64,000 bases of DNA from positions 8,928,001-8,992,000 of the forward strand of contig CATNEN010000001.1 of NCBI GenBank assembly GCA_950097015.1, given 5' to 3'. Of this stretch, positions 49,263 through 61,827 are shown in pieces. Position 1 is the first letter of the stretch; each line of letters starts with the position of its first letter. The notes beneath the pieces were generated by a model that was not told where the DNA came from, did not search any database, and saw only the letters and a program-made list of their open reading frames with translations. This DNA is from Macrostomum hystrix (lineage: Eukaryota > Animalia > Platyhelminthes). The position numbers and the translations under genes were made by a program.

Positions 49263-49631
49263 TTACCAAGGACGCCACACAGGCTGGGCTCCCTCCTGGT
49301 CCATCGACTGGCTAGATTCTTCGTCAGTAGACAAAGCCGACACCGTTGATGAGGCCGAAGACTTGCAGCAGAAGCTCATGGCCGTAGATTGAGTCTTGGC
49401 TGAGCCATTCAGCAGCAGCTTAACAGTCAGCTCCAGGATGTCGGCCTTCTCTAGGCGCTTAATCCGGTACGGTTTTATCACCTTGTTGGCCTGCAGCAGC
49501 TCTATGAGTCTGTCCAAGCTGGCATTAATTCTGGCTCTGCGCTGCTGCTCCATCACCTGCTTGCTGATTCTCCTATGCTCCATCAACTCTACTGGGCGCG
49601 TGGTTCGTGTTTTGTTAATTCGGAGCTCCAT
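49263..49631 (-). CDS. Intronless Hairy/E(spl) (Hes-like) bHLH repressor, 122 aa, with C-terminal WRPW
   Basis: RRISKQVMEQQRRARINASL...RLEKADILELTV; ends PVWRPW*. No Orange domain evident. Confidence 0.88.
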   Translation of the reverse strand: MELRINKTRTTRPVELMEHRRISKQVMEQQRRARINASLDRLIELLQANKVIKPYRIKRLEKADILELTVKLLLNGSAKTQSTAMSFCCKSSASSTVSALSTDEESSQSMDQEGAQPVWRPW

Positions 49632-49657
49632 CGAAATTTCGAAATCGACCGGCCGAG

Positions 49658-49765
49658 TTTATAATTTTATAAGTACCCCCGGCACCGCCAACCCCCTGTT
49701 TCCTTTCCTCTATCCCCGCTTCACTCGTGAAATGAATTCCGTTCCAGAATGTTCTAGAATGTTCT
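49658..49765 (-). promoter_or_regulatory. Hes promoter: TATA box, N-box and five-unit heat-shock element
   Basis: TATAAAA at 49671-49665, CACGAG at 49729-49724, and gTTCc-aGAAt-gTTCt-aGAAt-gTTCt at 49741-49765. Confidence 0.75.
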
Positions 49766-51341
49766 GCAGTTTTAGCTGTCATGTTCAGCCTAGATTCTCC
49801 CAAATGTGCCTTATCTAAAAACAAACTTCATAAGCAAACAATTAGATAGATCATCTTCGTTGCAACGAGCGTGTGAATAAAAAAATGACTGTCAACACAG
49901 GTGGACAGGCGGCTTATTCTGAAGTTCTGACGGGCTTTAAGTTCTCTGAGTCGTTGTTCCCTTTGAGAAAACAAACTTCAGAATTTTTAGATAAGGGTCA
50001 GCATGGCGTAACCCAGTCCATGGACTGAACACTTCTGCAGCCAGCAGCTTGATCTTCGTAAAAATATTTTGTTTTATAAAATTAAAAAGCGAGAAAACCA
50101 AAACCGAATTGATATTTAGAACTGCAGCAGCATTACACAGTTGTAGTTAGAATTTTCATAATGTACAGCGCTAATTTCCTACGGCATTGTCAGTCTTGAC
50201 GCCACTTTGGCTTAACAACAGCCAGTGGAAAAGTGTTTTTGTCCTTCAAAAAGCCAGTCACACAGCAATAGTTAGAAAATCATAAACATATTTCATATAT
50301 CACATATTTCTCAAACGTAGAATTTGAGAATTCACATTTATTTTGGCTTGAGCAAATCACTTTTTAAACTGCAATGCACTGCAAACCTTTGTTTTCACTT
50401 TCACTTTCACTTCTCCGTTAATCTAATGCCCGTGTGAAATTTCAAACCGATCAACATAAGTTGACACTGAAATTAATTAGACAAGACGAAATAAATACAA
50501 AGACTCATGAGATTTTTTCCTGCCAATTCTTCACGAAACATAGGGAAAGTTTATTTTGCAAAGCTAATTATTATTTCAAGCATTTAATTGCTAGGAATTT
50601 CAGCCATGTCATAATTATTTGAGTTGGCATTTGTATTTAGAGTATGTTATGTGAATACAGCAGCAAAGTGTGTTCTTATGAAGTTTGTGTATAGGTTCTG
50701 AAATATTTATGCACTGTAGCTACAGTTTTTACAGAAGGCACATTTTTACCTTTTTACCTTGAAGTCTCTTATAGCAGCTCAAGTTCTGTGTTTATCTATA
50801 TTATCAAATTTTGAAATGTCAACAAGGGATAAAAAGAGGGCCTCAGTTTAATCAATATTCATAAAGGCAATCAGTACAAGATTAGTTTATTCACAGTTAG
50901 TCAATCATGTCTTTTTGGTTGGCACTCAACAGGCTGTTGTTGATTGTTGGCCATTCAGCTTCAACACCAGACTAGGATTCTTGCGACTCCTTGTCCTGTT
51001 AGATAGGCTCTCCTTGTCCTGTTAGGTGTGAGAGGTGAGACAGTTGGTTTGCTGTTTGTATTTAGATCTATAGCTAGGCAAGAAGGGGCAGAAGGCTGAT
51101 AAGAGCTTATAAAGGATTGTTAGCTATATTAGATTAAATAGGACCACAATTGAGGTAATTATACAGGGCTGGTATGAACTGTGTATGGGGCTTGAGCATA
51201 AATGTACAAGATCTGATAGCTCAAGTGTACACTCTAGTACATCAGATAACTCAGTAAAGATAGCTAGCAATGCCACAATTCTAGCTAGTGTTATAAAGAC
51301 CTGGGGAAAATAGTGTTCATAAATAAATAGTCACTAGCTAG

Positions 51342-52980
51342 AGGAATTTCATAAACAGCAGTTTCAAGGCAAACAACTGCTCATGCAGTATCAAAACCAA
51401 TAGCTCAAGGCAATCTGCTGTGCGTGCATTATCAAAACTGAGAGCTCAAGCAACCAGCAAAAAATTTGTGTGTTGGGTATCTTGGGCTGGGTTGGGCAAA
51501 CACTGAGAAATGATTTTGTACTCAAGCACTTACCATAGCCTTTAATCATATGTGATTAGTTCTCATATGCCCTTAGCTATACCATGAGAGTGAAGACAAC
51601 CAGAAGCCACAATTCCAGCTAGTGAGCCAGTATGATAAAGACCTGGTAAAATAAAGTTGATAAATAAATAGTCATTATAAGGAAATTTCAGAGCAAAGTT
51701 ATATACCTGTACCAGACCAAATAACTCTAGTGTACACTAGGATCACTTATATTGCTTGTAGGAACAAGAAGAGAAGAGGAGAATAAAGGCAGGAGAGAAG
51801 AGGAGAGGAAAGAAGAGCAGAGGAAAGGAGGGGAGAGGGGGAGAGGAGGGGGGAGAGGAGAGGAAAGAAGAGAGGAAAGAAGAGCAGAGGAAAGGAGGGG
51901 AGAGGGGGAGAGGAGGGGGGAGAGGAGAGGAAAGAAGAGAGGAAAGAAGAGCAGAGGAAAGGAGGGGAGAGGGGGAGAGGAGAGGAGAAGAGGAGGGGGA
52001 GGAGAAGAGGAGAGGAGAGAATTTCATAAACAGCAGTTTCAAGGCAAACTAACTGCTCATGCAGTATCACAACCAATAGCTGAAGGCAAACTACTGTGCA
52101 TGCATTATCAAAACTAAGAGCTCAAGCAACCAGCAATTGTGTGTTGGGTATCTTGGGCTGGGTTGGGCTAACACTAAAAATGATTATGTACTCAAGCACT
52201 TACCATAGCCTTTAATCATGTGATTAGTTCTCATATGCCCTTAGCTATGCCATGAGAGTGAAGACAGCCAGATGCCACAATTCCAGCTAGTGAGCCAGTG
52301 TGATAAAGACCTGGTAAAATAAAGTTGATAAATAAATAGTCATTGTAAGGAAATTTCATAGCAAAGTTATATAACTGTACTAGACCAAATAACTCTAGTG
52401 TACACTAGGATCACTTATATTGCTTATAGAAACAAGAAAAGAAGAGGAGAATAAAGGCAGGAGAGAAGAGGAGAGGAAAGAAGAGCAGAGGAAAGGAGGG
52501 GAGAGGGGGAGAGGAGGGGGGAGAGGAGAGGAGAAGAGGAGGGGGGAGAGGAGAAGAGGAGAGGAGAAGAGGAGGGGGAGAGGAGAAGAGGAGAGGAGAA
52601 GAGGAGGGGGGAGAGGAGAAGAGGAGAGGAGAGAATTTGATAAACAGCAGCTCAAGGCAAACTACTGTGCATGCATTATCAAAACTAAGAGCTCAAGCAA
52701 CCAGTAATTGTGTGTTGGGTATCTTGGGCTGGGTTGGGCTAACACTACAAATGATTATGTACTCAAGCACTTACCATAGCCTTTAATCATGTGATTAGTT
52801 CTCATATGCCCTTAGCTATGCCATGAGAGTGAAGACAACCAGATGCCACAATTCCAGCTAGTGAGCCAGTATGATAAAGACCTGGTAAAATAAAGTTGAT
52901 AAATAAATAGTCATTATAAAGAAATTTCATAGCAAAGTTATACAACTGTACCAGACCAAATAACTCTAGTGTACACTGGG
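51342..52980. repeat. Three tandem ~0.6-kb units separated by GA-rich tracts
   Basis: Units start GAATTT(C/G)ATAAACAGCAG at ~51344, 52019 and 52633. Polypurine tracts at 51760-52020 and 52430-52635. Partial copy at ~62348. Confidence 0.85.
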
Positions 52981-53631
52981 ATCAATTGTTATTGCTTTGC
53001 AGGAGCTAACCAACAATTTTGGGTTGGGTATCTAGCAAACACTTTACAACAAATGATTAGCCAAGCCTTACCAGTTCTCAGATGTCAGCCTGAAGATAGC
53101 AAGCAAAGCCATCATTCCAGCTTGTGTGATAAGGACCTGTTAAGATGTACTACACCTCACTACAGTTTGCTAAGTTTTTACCATTCTTTTAACTGCTTTC
53201 ACTTTCTTGAATCCATAATTCCTTTCAGGCTCTTCAATTATTTGTAGCCACATTTCACTTCTCTTTTAAGCTTTCAGCTATGATGCCTCTGACATCATCC
53301 ATGAGCAATGAGCTGCAGCTAAGGAGCATTGAGCTAAAAGCTAGGCTTCTCTAGCTAGTGAAACCAAGCTATACACTTACCATCCTTTAACTGCCTTAAA
53401 TCCATTTGAACATTTAAAAAACCCTTAAATACACTTACCATCCTTTAACTACCTTAAATCCATTTGAACATTTAAAAAACCCTTAAATACACTTATTTCA
53501 CTCTTATTCACTTCTACTTTTGCTTTACCTTAACTTTTACTTATTTACTTTTCAATTTTTAGAGAATTCTTTTGGCCTTTTAGCTTAACTTTTGCTTTGC
53601 TTTGCTTAACAAAGAAACAAGAAACAAAGAA

Positions 53632-53832
53632 ATGTCTGAACAGCAGAAGCAGCAGCAACAGCAGCAGCAGCCTGCAGCAGCTCCCGGCAGCCCCTGGGCG
53701 CTGCAGCCCACCACGGTGGGCAATGATGATTCGAAAGTACAATGGTGGAAGGTGAAGGGAGGGGCCGGGGCGGCCACCAATTTCACTCCGCCGAGGCCTC
53801 GGTGCCCTCCCTCTAAAGAAGTGCCAAGATGA
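53632..53832 (+). CDS. PolyQ/WW/Pro micro-ORF, copy 2 (66 aa, intact)
   Basis: MSEQQKQn-PAAAPGSPWALQPTTVGNDDSKVQWWKVKGGAGAATNFTPPRPRCPPSKEVPR*. Confidence 0.55.
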   Translation: MSEQQKQQQQQQQPAAAPGSPWALQPTTVGNDDSKVQWWKVKGGAGAATNFTPPRPRCPPSKEVPR

Positions 53833-56799
53833 GAGCGATTAGAGAACTGATTAGAGAATTGATTAGAGAACCGGCCCTTAGAGATTTGGGCACCAGCCCT
53901 CCCACTCAGGAGAAATAAATGAGGTTTGTCTAAGCTACCTATATATGAATCCTTTATTCCTTAATTCTTAATCCTTAATCGTCAATTCTTTAAATAAGCG
54001 CTATAGTAGAAAAATTATACCCGTTTGCAGGTGTAAGTTTTCATTGACTCTGGTAAAACAATATCTACTTTTAGCCATTATAGCACCATTTATCAAAATG
54101 CGATTGTCACACTACAATGCTAATACAATATTACAACGTAGTAAAATGTACTCACATTCAATATGATTGTAGCCATAATGTCATATGTCGTGTCTTGTCG
54201 TGTTCGTGTTTAACCAGAAAATTGCATGAGCCATCCTCTAAGCTTTATAGCAAGTTTATCTGCAAATTAAAAGAAGCAGATAGCAACTGCGTACGAAGAC
54301 AAACCCCTCACTCCACCTTCATGCTGTCCAATAACAAGCTGCTAACACACCTCGAAACCTCCCACTTCGTCATTTCAGACGCATTTCATCGATTTCATCG
54401 ACAGCATGTCGATCAGAATATTAGAAATATTTTGGAATACATCTTTGCTTGTTGTCTTCCTTTATTTCACTCATATTTATTTATTAGCTTGATGCACAGC
54501 CTAAATGTTTAGCTTCTTATAGCATAAGCTTAGCATGATAACCAACATATTTATCGAGCACTCCTTGCTTCGTGTTCCTGCACTTGCTCACTTGCTTTGC
54601 TTGCCTGCTTTGCTACAATTCGTAGCAAAAGTACATTTTTTCATTTCTACTAACTTTTATACTAAGCTGCTACTAACATTTACCCTCCGACCCTTAAGCC
54701 GGCTAACACTTAAAAGATTCGCATGCTTCCCATCTGACCTCTGTGTCCCTGTAGCTAAGAGTTTGCTGCAATTCGTAGCAAAAGTTCATTTTTTCATTTC
54801 AACTAACATTTATACTTAGCTGCTACTAACATTTACTCTCCGACCCTTAAGCTAGATCACTTAAAAGATTAGCATGCTTCCCATCTGATTACAGGCAATC
54901 GTTATAGACAAAGATAAATATGTAAATTGGTTTTGAAACATTCCATATTTTTTCCAGACGTTCTCCATGAACACCTGACGCCTGGTACACGGTCAGGCGT
55001 GTCAAGAAACGGAAGCTGCGGATGAAATTGATATTAGTGTCTATTCTAATTCAATCAGCTACTCAGCGTCGAGTAGCAGTTGGCCCAGCATCCCGGCGAG
55101 CTGTATCTGACCGAGTTTAGCAGGTTAGATAACGATCAGCGACCTTCACGGACTCATGTCATGTCCATGGAGTTCCACGGCTGCGCTCGCAACAAGGTTG
55201 AATAGTCTTATTGTTTTGTTTGTTGTAGTTTATGAAATAATGTGCAGCAACAATTCGTTTATTTATAGTATTTATAAGTAGCATTTATATAGCATTTATA
55301 AGTACTTGTAGTTATCTCATACTTTTATAGGAAACAGTCTGTCTTAATTACATGTCTTCAAAATCAAGGTTTAATTACAGATGATACGTCATGCATGGGC
55401 AATATGAGAAAACACGAGAAAACAGAAAACATATCCGTAAGAAAAAATAGTTTTCGTGAGTGACGTAACGCAACTGAGAATCGGACAATCCGAGTCATTC
55501 TGAGTCTGAGTCATTGTAATTGTATCATTGTCATTGTATCATTGTCATGTGTCATGTTTCATGTCATGTCATGTCATGTCATGTCATGTCATGTCATGTT
55601 TCATGTGTCATTGTACTGTAATTCTGAGTTGAAGTTTTACAATTTAGTCTATGCGATTTTTGGAGCGGAGCTGCTGGGGCAGGAGCGGAACTAATGCGAA
55701 ACTAAAAATTTAAATTGTTTTCTTTGATCTCTCTCTGACTTATCATGTCATTAATGGCATTAATAAAATTAATTAAAACTTTAAATAACTGACTTCCCTG
55801 TACACCTGGGAACATTCGTAAATACAACTCAACTCGGATTCCTGCGAAATCTACTGCATCTAACTACCACACTTCCTCTCACCCTACTGCTCTCCCTCTC
55901 ACTCTACTGATCTCCCTCTCACTCTACTGATCTCCCTCTCACCCTACTGCTCTCACTCACACCCTACTGCTCTCCCTCTCACCCTACTACTCTCCCTCTC
56001 ACCCTACTGCTCTCCCTCTCACCATACTGATCTCCCTCTCACCCTACTGCTCTCCCTCTCACCCTACTGCTCTCCCTCTCACCCTACTGCTCGGTGTCCC
56101 AATAGATTTGAGCACAGTTTATCGAGTGGGATTCAATTGAAAATCAATCTAGAAATGATTTCCTACACGACTGAGTTGGTTTCATGATTTCAAATGATTT
56201 CCACTCGAACTTATTAACCTGGAAAGTCACCTAGAAAATTTTATCTTGACTCTGACTATGTCAGCAGTATATGGCTGTCATCGGTGTCCCAATAGATTTG
56301 AGCACACTTTATCGAGTGGGATTCAATTGAAAATCAATCTAGAAATTATTTCCTACACGACTGAGTTGGTTTCATTATTTCAAATGATTTCCACTCGAAC
56401 TTATTAACCTGGAAAGTCAAAGCTTAAAAAATACAGCGCAGCCTACTAACAGTAGACTTTGAGGATATGCCCCGAATTTAATTTACCCTTCTCACCCACC
56501 TCCCACCGGCGTGAATCCCACCGGTTTGGCTATACGCCCCGCCGGCGGGGCGCTTGGCCAAACTATACGCCTCCCCACCGGCGCCCCGCGGGAGGGCGCA
56601 TAGTGGGGCGTACAGAGGGGCGCATAGTAAATGTCCCACCGGGTGGAGGCCAATTGATCCACCAAGTGTCTTTCCTGACACCCCAAGGTCTTCACTGCAC
56701 TTGACTGCCTCAAGTGAGCAAAATTCATTAATGCTAGCTTTCAAATTCATGGCAAAAAATTAGTATTAAGGCTCCTTTGTTCCAATTTATTCACTTCAG

Positions 56800-57110
56800 A
56801 GCAGCGACCATTGAACTTCAGGCCCGTGACCATCGAACTTCAGACCAGCGACCATCGAACTTCAGACCAGCGACCATCGAACTTCAGGCCAGTGAACATC
56901 GATCTTCAGGTCAGCGGCTATCGAGCTTCAGGCCCGTGACCATCATACTTCAGGCTCGCGCTTCATGAGAGAGTCCCACCTCATCAGGCCAGTGACCATC
57001 GAACTTCAGGCCTGTGACCATCGCACTTCAGGCTCGTGCTTCATGAGTGAGTCCCACCTCTTCTGGTCATTGAGCATCAAACTTTAGGCAAGTGACCATC
57101 AAACTTCAAG
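56800..57110. repeat. ~22-bp tandem repeat (GACCATCGAACTTCAGGCC)
   Basis: Tandem units just outside the 56643 terminus. Confidence 0.8.
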
Positions 57111-57835
57111 CCTACAATGTGTTACGCTTGTATACATTATCTTCTGCTTGCTTGCCTGTCTTTCTAACTCTGCTGGATGTTTCTTCTTTTATACGCTGAG
57201 CATATTCATTTGTTTTCCACACTAACTAGAGACTGTATTTTGCTAGGCTTGCTCTTCTTAACTGGTTAACTTTTTGGCTCCAGATGGATCATTTTGTGTG
57301 ACTACGAGTACTATCGTTTTTGACAGAATTAACTCCCACAGTTTAGAATTTCCGTTTCAGCAGATCAGGAAAAAAGATCTAGACAACGCTTAAATTTTCT
57401 TATTAAAACGTGAATTATTATTAACCTGGGTTTTGAGTCGTAGAAATGTTGTACAAATAGTGCATCAGCTAATATTTGAAAATGTATGTATTTTCAAATA
57501 AAAATCTTTAAATATATAAAAAGTATCCTAAATGTGAGCATATCGGAAATATTTTTTGTTTGTGCTTAAAAAACTTTTCTTTTCATTTTTGGTGCTTTCA
57601 AAGACTTGGACCAGGCAAAACGGATAAAACGTAGGGGCGGGGGTAGGAAGCACTTCCATCTAGAAAAATGTAGTAAAAAAGGCAAATGAAAACATCGGCT
57701 GTGCCACGGGAAAAAGTAAACAGGCCAATGAACACATCGGCTGTGCCACCGGAAAATGTAAACAGAAAATGCACACTTGACACATCGGCTGCGCCATTGG
57801 AAAAATGTAAACCGTAAAAGCACACGTGATGAAGC

Positions 57836-59802
57836 TTAGTTGCTTGGATTGAGCTTCCACAGTCTACGTGCACTGATATTAGGTTGTCTCTCAGGCTCGG
57901 AGTCTCGCCGCACTAAACCCTTAAAAAAAGTCTTAGCCAATCTTCTTGAGATGCGGCAAAGCAGATCAGGTTCAATGACCATGTCTATGAAGGCTTCATA
58001 AACGACGGAAAATGATTGCACACAATGGTTAACGCAGTGCGAGATAGTGCTGCAGAAGAACGAGTAGCAGTAGAATGAAAAAACCAGCAGCCATTCTGGA
58101 GGATGCCTCAGCTGACCTCGGGATAGCAGTGTCGTAAATTCGCTTGAATCAGTAGCATCGGCTACATCTGGGGCGTCGCTGTCCATGGGCAAATTCTCTT
58201 TTGCTGCAACATACCCACAGATGTAGTAGAGCGATGCCTTCTCGTCATCCGTGATATCGCTCGTCTTATCAGGTAGACTGTCCATAGCATCCATCTCGGG
58301 ATCCGTCATGCCAGCTGTGCAACATGCGGATTGCACATGCTCGACATTGCTGAAATGCAGCTTGTCGTATAGCTGCATGCGACGAAGTCTGGCGCTAGCG
58401 AGCACTTCATCCACCGAAATAAAATAACAACCTCCGTGTCCTTGGCGGTAAACGCCGAACTCTCCTTCCAAACGATCCGACTGGAGCTCACCTAAAAGGC
58501 AGTGTATACATAAATGAAAGTAGGTAAAAAATACATACAGGAAAAAGTAAGCGCTTCACTTTCCTACAATAATAGTTGTGCTCAATTCCAAAAGCAGATA
58601 TAAAAAGACAAATAAAAAATGAAGGAATAAAGGAATGCTTACCCAGAAGAACGTATGTGAAACCATAATTGCTTAGCAGATGCTTGCTCAATTCAACTAA
58701 GCCATGAAGAGTCTGTAAGAGAGCCTTCTTAGTCTCGGTAGTCAAAGAACGCGGACGGCTTGCTCCTCGACCGCATGGCATTAGATTAACAAGTTCAGAA
58801 AAGCTTAGAAGCTCGGTTAAGCCAACGCAGTCAGCAGATTCAATTGGAGCTCTCATTTCATCGTTGAGCCGAATGTGCGAAATAGGAGATTTGACATTGA
58901 CGATTTTCCAGAATCGAGACACGCTTTACGAATTCGGCAGTGTCTGAGTGGCCATGAGCTTGGAGAGCAGCGACTGTTTTATCATTAAAAACGTCTACCA
59001 CCAGCTTAACTTTTTGCCGCTCTAAAGCAGATGGGTTGCAAGCAGACGGGCTCAGTGTAGTAGGCCGCACGATGTGGTCACGCGTCGTCTCCTCAAGTTC
59101 GACAATATCGTTCCATTTGGCAGTAACAATCTCACCAGATGCAGAGCGGAACTGGACCTCTTTGTGTCCCTGTGTGTACCAGTTGTTTCTAATGCTCTTC
59201 AAAAGATGAACTGTGTCGAATAGGAGATACAATGGCAGAGACGGATCCGCGGGATTGACTGCCAACCATGGCGCATCCGACCTATCTTGTCTAAATAGTT
59301 CAAAGTTGCGTTGATTGGTAAAGTGGTTGTCACAAATCAAACTCAAAACAGTCCCACCACATTCGTGAACAAGCTCGATGAGACGTAGCAGCTGGCCATG
59401 CAGGAACTGGGTCTGCAAGCTGAAAACTGGCACCAGCCGAGCCACAAACGCGTCTGCGCCCATAAAGGGCTTTATCATAATAGCAAGAACAGTCCTTGCC
59501 AGCCTGTCGGGCGAATCCTCCGCGAATCCTACAGCATGCCCGCCACTTAGACGTAGGGATGGCTTCACGTAAACTTCGTCGAATATAATCGAGCAGCAGC
59601 GTTGCAGTGGTGTGCAGCGCTCCATGTAGGACAAAATTAATTGGCGACAGTCCGCATCTGTTCCTACATCACCAAGACCACCAAGGTGAGACCTCACCTC
59701 AAGCTGGCGATTTTCATCATCCTGAGGAAAGCCATAAATGGTAGCCTTCTCCATAGAAGAATGGTTGCTAGTGCACTCTGGCACACAACATTTCATTGGC
59801 AT
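57836..59802 (-). pseudogene. THAP/P-element-family (THAP9-like) transposase, disrupted
   Basis: Partial THAP (CCVPEC...FP), IFDEV, CDNHFTN, FDTVHLLKSIRNNW, RQKVKLV, FWKIVNV. Intron 58642-58492 restores YVLLGELQSDRLEGEFG..RQ. Frameshift near 58920. Confidence 0.85.
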
Positions 59803-61599
59803 GCTGATTAGCTACTAGAATAGATGCCTAGAATGGAATAGAGGGAATCTAAATGTAATATAAATTTAAAATATACTACCAAACAATTGCTGATACATAA
59901 AAATCTATCAGTTTCGGCTTGTAAAAAAACTAAGAAAAATGCTTAGCTAACTTGTGTCTACTATTAGATTGCTAGACAATAGTACTATTTATTACTTACT
60001 ACATTTCAATTAGCTATTCCTATAATATAGACTAATTAGCACTTCTAAAATTTCTAGAATTAAACTATATATATATTTAAAGTATCACCATTATATTATA
60101 TAATAGTGTCTTTCTAAATCTATAGACTATATATAGACTAGCATATTAAATGGCTCAAGATAGGCTACTATAGCAAAATATTCTTAATTTGGCCTAAATT
60201 GTTTGAATTAACAAATAAGCTAAGTAGTGTGCCAAAACAATCAGCCAAAAACATTACAATTACTATAACAGTAGCTACTATATAGCTATAAAAGATACAA
60301 TGAATTTCAAATGCAACCAAGTAAGTTAGTTAACTTTTTAATTTATATATCTATACTTTTAGAGCCCTGTTTGTTAAGTAATGCCCTACTAATAAAAATT
60401 ATAATACAAAGAGCACAGTGTCAAGCCATTAATGCAATGCAATAAATAGCTAGTAAATTATTTAATTTAGGCACATACTTGTTTTATAGTCCTACATTCT
60501 TAGCTATAAGCAAAGCTTGGCCAAACCATAGAGTTGTGTAAAGATTAGGTCAATGAAATAGTAAAAATATAATATCATTTTCTCCCAATTTGGCAAGTCA
60601 ACATAGTGCACACACTGGTGCATTTCAGTCCAATAATATGACATATTGGATTAGGTGGCAGGGCCTACTTAGAGTTAGCTAGGCAGGTTTTGGATAGCTA
60701 AGTACTATTACTATATGGATTGACATGGGACTAGACATACAATACTAGCTTCAGAGTGTCTCTATACAACATATTTAGTACAAATATGTTCAATCTGAGA
60801 AGGAACAAAACTAAAATTCTGCCAACGAAACTTGTGACAGTTGTGAGTTTTTTTATTTTCATTTGACAAAAAAATATATATGAAAATGAGACTTTTATAA
60901 ACAAAGCTATATAAAAAACAATGGAGCTTAATGTTGAGCATGCTGTACTAAGATAAGCGGATTTGTACTTGCTCCAGATCAAAAGCAATAGTTGATTATG
61001 TGCTGAAAAAATGACTTTCTCCTATCTCCGCAATGTATTTTTTTTCCAGGAAATTGGCCTTCAAAAAATTTACACGATCTTTGAGTTTCCCGTCCTGTTA
61101 TACTAGTGGTCCTTGGGCGTGGGTTGGGCGCCGGCGCCCCTCTGTACGCCCCACAATGCGCACTCCCACCAGTGACGGGTGGGGGGCGTACGGTTTGGCC
61201 AAGCGCCTCGCAGGCTCTTCAATTATTTGTAGCCACATTTCACTTTTCTTTTAAGCTTTCAGCTGAAATGCCTCTGACATCATCCATGAGCAATGAGCTG
61301 CAGCTCAGGAGCATTGAGATAAAAGCTAGGCTTCTCTAGCTAGTGAAACCAAGCTATACACTTTTACCATCCTTTTAACTACCTTAAATCAATTTGAACA
61401 TTTTAAACACCCTTTGATACACTTATTTTACTCTTATTCACTTCTACTTTTGCTTTTCCTTTACTTTTACTTATTTAATTTTCAATTTTCAGCATTGGAA
61501 GTATAATCATAATAGCATAATAGGAAGCATAATCGATAGCAGCTTAATACGAGTGCGTTCAAATTTGCTATTCTTGTCTCAATTTTATTTACTACACTT

Positions 61600-61827
61600 A
61601 TGGAGCAGCAGCAGCAGAAGCAGCAGCAGCCGCCACAGCAGCAGCAACAGCAGCAGCCGCAGCTTAAGAAGAATAATAAGCCGAATAATAAGCCGACTAG
61701 CCCTTGGCAGCTGCTGCCCACCACAGTGGAAGGGAAGGTCCAGTGGTGGAAGGAGAAGGGAGGGGCCGGGGCGGCCACCACTTTCACGCCGCCGAGGCCC
61801 CGGTGCCCTCCCTCACAGAAGAAATAA
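61600..61827 (+). CDS. PolyQ/WW/Pro micro-ORF, copy 3 (75 aa, intact)
   Basis: MEQn...TSPWQLLPTTVEGKVQWWKEKGGAGAATTFTPPRPRCPPSQKK*. Confidence 0.55.
   Translation: MEQQQQKQQQPPQQQQQQQPQLKKNNKPNNKPTSPWQLLPTTVEGKVQWWKEKGGAGAATTFTPPRPRCPPSQKK

Larger units (their letters stand above)
40150..56643. mobile_element. Large non-autonomous CMC/EnSpm-like DNA transposon (or composite of family members) with cargo
   Basis: Perfect 12-bp TIR CCCGGTGGGACA (40150-40161) / TGTCCCACCGGG (56632-56643). TATACGCC and GGGCGCATAGT subterminal repeats. Inverted internal blocks. Flanks TA / TG give no clean TSD. Confidence 0.65.

Noticed and set aside
51743-52707. E/R/G-rich and L/S/P-rich ORFs
   Set aside because: They are translations of GA microsatellite tracts.
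52969-53247. 92-aa ORF duplicated at 62457
   Set aside because: It has a GTG start and no recognisable motif; recent repeat duplication explains the similarity.
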